Source: Mobula hypostoma (Eukaryota). Taken from it: DNA of 64,000 nt. The translations under genes were made by a program, and so were the position numbers. Of the stretch, positions 61,283 to 64,000 are shown one piece after another. The notes under the pieces are model-generated. The model was not told the origin of the DNA and did not search any database. It was given only the letters and a program-made list of their open reading frames with translations. Numbering within the stretch: position 1 is the first letter of the stretch; each line of letters starts with the position of its first letter. The stretch spans positions 2,730,001-2,794,000 of the forward strand of contig NC_086101.1 of NCBI RefSeq assembly GCF_963921235.1, written 5' to 3'.

Positions 61283-64000
61283 GGCTATCATTTGCTGAAG
61301 GCCAGATCTATGGCATTCAAGTCTGGTGACCCAGGCCTGTACCAGAAAACCAGGTAAGATTTGCAGCAAGCTATTCCAAGGGCGAGGAGACAACTTTGAT
61401 CGAGGTTGGAGGCGACATTGGATGCACAGAAACTCTGGCAGGGTTTGCGAGACTTACTTCCTATAAAGCAAAACCCAATAGCATGAATGGCGGCGATGCT
61501 TCACTACCAGATGAACTCAATGCCTTCCATGCCCGCTTTGAAAGGGAGAACACAACCACAGCTGTGAAGATCCCTGCTGCACCTGATGACCCTGTGATCT
61601 CCGTCTCAGAGGCCGATGTTAGGTTATCTTTAAAGAGAGTGAACCCTCGCAAGGCAGAAGGTCCCGATGGAGTATCTGGTAAGGCTCTGAAAACCTGTGC
61701 CAACCACCTAGCTGGAGTATTCAAGGACATTTTCAACTTCTCACTGCGACAAACGGAAGTTACCACTTGCTTCAAAAGGGCAACAATTATACCAGTTCCA
61801 AAGAAGAATAATGTGAGCTGCCTTAATGACTATCGCCTGGTAACACTCACATCGACAGTGATGAAATGCTTTGAGAGGTTGGCCATGACTAGACTGAACT
61901 CCTGCCTCAGCAAGGACCTGGACCCATTGCAGTTTGCCTGTCGCCACAATAGGTCAACAGCAGACACAATCTCAATGGCTCTCCACACGGCTTTAGACCA
62001 CCTGGACAACACGAACACCTATGTCAGGATGCTGTTCATTGACCATAACTCAGCATTTAATGCCATCATTCCCACAATCCTGATTGAGAAGTTGCAGAAC
62101 CTGGGCCTCTGTACTTTCCTCTGCAATTGGATCCTCGACTTCCTAACCAGAAGACCACAATCTGTATGGATTGGTGATAACATCTCCTCCTCGTTCGCGA
62201 TCAACACTGGCACACTTCAGGGGTGTGTGCTTATCCCACTGCTCTACTCTCTATATACACATGACTGTGTGACTAGGCATAGCTCAAATCATTATCATCA
62301 TCAGGTGCCGTGCCCAGTTTGAGCTTTGACTGCCATGGCCCACCACTCCTGTTTCGGGTTAAGTGGATCAATTCATTGGTATTCATTTCCAGTTCTCTGG
62401 CTGCTGTCTCCATCATCATTTGTCTTTGTCTTCCTCTTGCTTTCTTTCCTTCAATATTTCTTAGAATTCCAAGAAGGGCCAAAAGGCCTGTTTCTGTGCT
62501 GTAGTTTCTATGGTTCTATGGTTCTAATTACCGTGCATTCTAACTCCTCTTTCCTAATCACATGTCCAATGTAGTTACATCCTTCCCATACAGGGAGTAC
62601 AAAGAAGGTTCACCAGATTGATTCCTGGGATGGCAGGACTTTCATATGAAGAAAGACTGGATGAACTGGGCTTGTACTCGTTGGAATTTAGAAGATTGAG
62701 GGGGGATCTGATTGAAACGTATAAAATCCCAAAGGGATTGGACAGGCTAGATGCAGGAAGATTGTTCCTGATGTTGGGGAAGTCCAGAACGAGGGGTAAC
62801 AGTTTGAGGATAAAGGGGAAGCCTTTTAGGACCGAGATTAGGAAAAACTTCTTCACACAGAGAGTGGTGAATCTGTGGAATTCTCTGCCACAGGAAACAG
62901 TTGAGGCCAGTTCATTGGCTATATTTAAGAGGGAGTTAGATATGGCCCTTGTGGCTATGGGGATCAGGGGGTATGGAGGGAAGGCTGGGGCAGGGTTCTC
63001 AATTGGATGATCAGCCATGATCATAATAAATGGCGGTGCAGGCTCGAAGGGCCGAATGGCCTACTCCTGCATCTATTTTCTATGTTTCTATGTTTCTATG
63101 TTGCCTTTTCATGATCTCATACATGATTTCTCTTTTTGTGTTTGTTCTGTTCATGACATCCTCATTAGATATTCGTTTCGTTTATGATATTCTTTCTATC
63201 CTCCTCAAAAACCACATCTCTGCCACTACAATTCGTTTCCTCATGTTATCAGATATTGTCCAACATTCAGAGCCATATAACATAACTGGATAAACGTAAC
63301 ATTTCAGTACTCTGACGCGGGTTGTCATACCTAGTTTAGTGTTGGTCAGTATACTCTTCATTCTCGTAAAGGTGTCTTTTGCCATCCCCATTCTTCTTTT
63401 GATGTCCATGTCGCACCTGGCATCTGATGTCACCCAGCTTCCTAAGTAGCAAAAGTTCTGAACTTGTTTTATGTCTTCCCCGTTTATTCTCAGCCTGCAG
63501 ATAGGAATCTCCTTCTTTTTGGATATCACCATACATTTTTTTTTTGCAGTTCATAGTTAAACCCATTTTTGCACCTTCTTCAACAATAATATCAATTAAG
63601 TTTTGTAGTTCTTCCTCTGTACTTGCAATTAACACCAAATACCATCTAAAAATTTGCTAACGATAAAACCATTGTTGGTAGAATCTCAGATGGTGACGAG
63701 AAGGCGTACAGGAGTGAGATATGCCAACTAGTGGAGTGGTGCTACAGCAACAACCTGGCACTCAACATCAGTAAGACAAAAGAGCTGATTGTGGACTTCA
63801 GGAAGGGTAAGACAAAGGAACACATACCAATCCTCATAGAGGGATCAGAAATGGAGACAGTGAACAGGTTCAAGTTTCTGGGTGTCAAGATCTCTGAGGA
63901 CCTAACCTGGTCCCAACATATTGAAGCAGTTATAAAGAAGGCAAGACAGCGACTATACTTCATTAGGAGTTTGAAGAGATTTGGTATGTCAACAAATACT
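61283..64000 (+). mobile_element. Rex1/Babar-type LINE RT (61283-62289 and 63641-64000) interrupted by an RTE
   Basis: ORF 61396..62322 (CLNDYR, DPLQFA, YVRMLFID, QGCVL); resumes at 63641. Confidence 0.9.
62290..63635 (-). mobile_element. RTE-clade LINE 3' fragment with (GAT)n tail, itself interrupted by family A CR1 (62591-63100, +)
   Basis: VLIASTEEELQ, FCYLGS, VLKCYVYPVMLYGSECWT, IEGKKARGRQR; CAAAT duplicated at 62285-89 and 63636-40. Confidence 0.88.

Noticed and set aside
60565..64000. Twin-priming inversion of a single Rex1 element
   Set aside because: The minus and plus parts overlap by over 350 nt of the same RT region and differ in sequence; two independent copies is simpler

Overview
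Eukaryotic, vertebrate DNA. The repeat complement (dense CR1-clade LINEs with esterase ORF1, V-SINE/HE1-like SINEs, Penelope-like remnants) suggests a cartilaginous fish, probably a ray or skate; this is inference. The main host feature is an intact, 9-exon cytochrome P450 family 2 gene on the + strand, ATG 18361 to TGA 56343. Exons of 201/163/150/161/174/142/188/142/179 nt give 1500 nt and 499 aa, all introns are GT-AG, and PPGP, WxxxR, AGxETT, ExxR and FxxGxRxCxG motifs are present. The ORF track fragments this gene and misses exons 5 and 9 in the correct frame. Upstream, well-formed splice sites at 2.2-6.8 kb suggest the last exons and 3' UTR of a second, unidentified + strand gene. Most of the rest is nested retroelements: two full-length CR1 LINEs, many truncated CR1s, Rex1/Babar and RTE LINEs, a Gypsy integrase relic, a solo LTR with TSD, Penelope-like fragments with minimal hammerhead motifs, tRNA-derived SINEs and G-rich minisatellites. 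There are no prokaryotic systems or CRISPR arrays, and I found no convincing new biological system. The most notable oddities are a LINE 3' tail serving as the exon 2 splice acceptor, inverted young LINEs bracketing the frame-preserving exon 3, and a chimeric repeat junction present twice.
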